From: Candidatus Eiseniibacteriota bacterium
GTDB taxonomy: Bacteria > Eisenbacteria > RBG-16-71-46 > CAIMUX01 > VGJL01
Direction: 5' to 3'
Length of the DNA stretch: 64,000 nt
Assembly (NCBI GenBank): GCA_041946735.1
Contig: JBHGAY010000012.1
Location: 32,001-96,000 of the forward strand
The stretch's first letter is position 1. Every line of letters begins with the position of its first letter. The position numbers were made by a program, and so were the translations under genes. The notes under the pieces were generated by a model. It was not told the DNA's origin, did not search any database, and saw nothing but the letters and a program-made list of their open reading frames with translations. This document shows positions 62,026-64,000 of the stretch, in pieces.

Positions 62026-62134
62026 GGGTACCGGCATGAGGGGAGCAGCATGAGGGTACCGGCATGAGGGGAGCAGCATGAGGGCGGCGGCATGAGGGAG
62101 AGCAGCATGAAGGCGGCGGCATGAGGGAGAGCGA
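62020..62134 (+). repeat. Eight tandem 14-15 nt GCATGA(G/A)G repeats encoding ATGA-coupled minigenes
   Basis: Units gcatgagggtaccg, gcatgaggggagca (this pair twice), gcatgagggcggcg, gcatgagggagagca, gcatgaaggcggcg, gcatgagggagagcg. Confidence 0.9.
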
Positions 62135-64000
62135 GTCGACCGGCGCGATGCGCGCGGACGCCGAGGCGGCGGCCCCGCTCGTCTCGCTGATCATCGTGCA
62201 CTTCCGCACGCCCGACGTGCTCGCCGCCTGTCTCGACTCGATCGCCGCGGCGCGGCTCGTCGCCGCGCACGAGGTGCTGGTGATCGACAACGCCCCCGTC
62301 GACGATCGCGCGGAGAGGCTTTGCGAGGGACGGCCGGGCGTCGTCTACGTCCGCAACGAGAAGAACGTCGGATTCGGCCGCGCCGTCAACCAGGGGCTGC
62401 GCGCGGGTCGAGGGGAGTTCCTGCTCGTACTGAACCCCGACGTGGAGGTGCGGGCCGGATCGGTGGAGCGGCTGATCGAGCAGATGGAGCGCGATCCGTC
62501 CGCCGGTCTCGTCGCGCCGAAGCTCCTCTATCCGGACGGCACGCTCCAGCACTCGTGCCGGACGTTCTACACCCTGCCGGTCTTTCTCCTGCGACGGACC
62601 TTCCTCGGCCGGCTCTTCCCGCGCCATCCGAAGCTGCGCGCGCACCTGATGCTCGACTACGACCACGAGACGACGCGGCCGGTCGACTGGTGCCTCGGAG
62701 CGAGCCTGCTCGCGCGCCGGCGCGCGGTCGAGGACGTCGGTCCGATGGATGAACGCTTCTTCCTCTACTTCGAGGACGTCGACTGGTGCTACCGAATGCA
62801 GGCGCGCGGCTGGCGGGTCCTCTACCATCCCGAGTCCGTGATGGTCCATCGCTACGAGCGGGCGAGCGCGCGGCGGCCGGGGAAGGGGCTCCTGATCCAC
62901 CTGGCCTCCACCCTCCGCTACTACGAGAAGTGGAGCTTCCTGCTGTATTGGCTGAAGCTCCGCTCGACCGCGATCCGCCGCGCGGTCCTGATCCTGTCCG
63001 ATCTGATCGCCGTCAACGCGGCGTTCGTCCTCGCCTATGCGATCCGCAACCTGAGCGGCCCGTTCTTCTCGAAGCCGATGTTCGGGCTGAACCGCTACAC
63101 CCGCCTGCTGCTCTTCACCGACGCGGTCGCGCTCCTCTCCCTCGCCTTCGCGGGGATGTACCGCGCGCGCCGGCGCGAGGAGGCGGGGGAGCAGGTCCTC
63201 GGCGCGACGCGCGCCATGGTGATGACGGCGCTCGTGACGATGGCCTCGACCTTCCTGTTCCCGTCGCCGGTCTACTCGAGGCTCGTCGTGGGTCTCTTCC
63301 TGCCGCTCTGCCTGCTGCTGATCCTCCTGTTCCGCTGGGGGATCTTCCACGCGCAGGGGAGCGTGCGGTCGCGTCGGATGCACCTGCGGCGCGTCGGCCT
63401 GCTCGCGCCCGAGAAAGACGCCGATCTGCTGCGCGCCCGCTCGGCGGAGCACGAGGAGTACGGCTTCGAGATCCTGCCGCTGCCGCCGGGGGCGGCCGTG
63501 CTGCGCGGCCGCGAGGGAGGACTGCAGGAGGCGGTATTCGCCTGGACGCAGGAGGAGCGGATCGCCGAGGTGGTGCTGTTCGAGGACTGGCCGGGCGGGG
63601 AGACGGCGCCGCTGATCCATCGCCTCGCGCGCGCCGGGATTCCGGTGCGCCTCGTGCCGCGGGCGCGCGACGCGATCGAGGCCGGCACCCGCATGGGGGA
63701 CTTCCTCGGCTTTCCGGCCCTGTCCGTGGCCGGCGCCCATCCCGCCGTCCGCTCCTGGGAAAAGCGAGCCGTCGACGGGGCGCTGGCGATCGTGTCGATC
63801 CTCCTCCTCGGGATCCCGTATCTCCTCGTCCGTCTCTGGCTCTTCGCCACGCGACGGCCGATCGAGAAGCACGAATGGATCGGGCGCGGCGGGGAGGTGC
63901 TCCGCACCGGCCGGCTGCCAGGACGTTGGCCGCGCGGGGCCTTCTTTACCGGCCTCCGCGACTTCCCTAGACTCGGGCGTTGGCTCGTCGGCCAGTGGAG
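62121..64000 (+). CDS. GT2 (WbbL-like) glycosyltransferase fused to WcaJ/WbaP-like membrane and degenerate phosphoglycosyltransferase domain; runs off window end
   Basis: Manual translation: VSLIIVHF, VIDNA, NVGFGRAVN, LNPD, MDERFFLYFEDVDWC; then TM block (SDLIAVNAAF...YSRLVV) and EKRAVD re-entrant helix; absent from ORF track because there is no stop in the window. Confidence 0.82.
   Translation, partial: MRESESTGAMRADAEAAAPLVSLIIVHFRTPDVLAACLDSIAAARLVAAHEVLVIDNAPVDDRAERLCEGRPGVVYVRNEKNVGFGRAVNQGLRAGRGEFLLVLNPDVEVRAGSVERLIEQMERDPSAGLVAPKLLYPDGTLQHSCRTFYTLPVFLLRRTFLGRLFPRHPKLRAHLMLDYDHETTRPVDWCLGASLLARRRAVEDVGPMDERFFLYFEDVDWCYRMQARGWRVLYHPESVMVHRYERASARRPGKGLLIHLASTLRYYEKWSFLLYWLKLRSTAIRRAVLILSDLIAVNAAFVLAYAIRNLSGPFFSKPMFGLNRYTRLLLFTDAVALLSLAFAGMYRARRREEAGEQVLGATRAMVMTALVTMASTFLFPSPVYSRLVVGLFLPLCLLLILLFRWGIFHAQGSVRSRRMHLRRVGLLAPEKDADLLRARSAEHEEYGFEILPLPPGAAVLRGREGGLQEAVFAWTQEERIAEVVLFEDWPGGETAPLIHRLARAGIPVRLVPRARDAIEAGTRMGDFLGFPALSVAGAHPAVRSWEKRAVDGALAIVSILLLGIPYLLVRLWLFATRRPIEKHEWIGRGGEVLRTGRLPGRWPRGAFFTGLRDFPRLGRWLVGQW

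Noticed and set aside
62020..62134. CRISPR array (also considered for 12092-12198 and 4538-4608)
   Set aside because: Units are 6-15 nt with no unique spacers, and there are no cas genes

Overview
High-GC bacterial DNA, probably from an FCB-related lineage such as Eisenbacteria/Latescibacteria. That placement is inferred from the PorV-like barrel and the FlgD/T9SS-type C-terminal domain. 1-26.6 kb: a partial ABC exporter, then two convergent acyl-CoA catabolic operons separated by an SDR/cupredoxin/glycogen-debranching islet. The operons carry MeaB, a split methylmalonyl-CoA mutase, epimerase, PCC subunits, CoA-transferase, ACADs (one a tandem double ACAD), a thiolase and HBD. A further + strand cluster (thioesterase, two thiolases, crotonase, LeuB-like) follows. 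26.8-32 kb: tRNA-Leu, tig, clpP, clpX, purA, tRNA-Lys. 32-48.6 kb: tandem sigma70 promoters and a structured leader upstream of a ~4311-aa acidic Ig-repeat secreted protein with a T9SS/FlgD-like CTD. It is followed by an unusual PorV-like barrel-TSP3-OmpA fusion and a pilin-like gene with a sigma54-like promoter. 48.8-53.7 kb: riboflavin operon with nusB. 53.8-64 kb: glycosylation locus with a DUF2723/TMEM260-like GT-C+TPR, polyprenol-P-mannose synthase, UDP-xylose synthase, a chain of ATGA-coupled minigenes and a GT2/degenerate phosphoglycosyltransferase fusion. The best candidate for a new system is a dedicated secretion/anchoring pair for a giant surface protein, possibly linked to a TMEM260-like protein O-glycosylation pathway. 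All calls come from reading motifs by eye; no searches were run.
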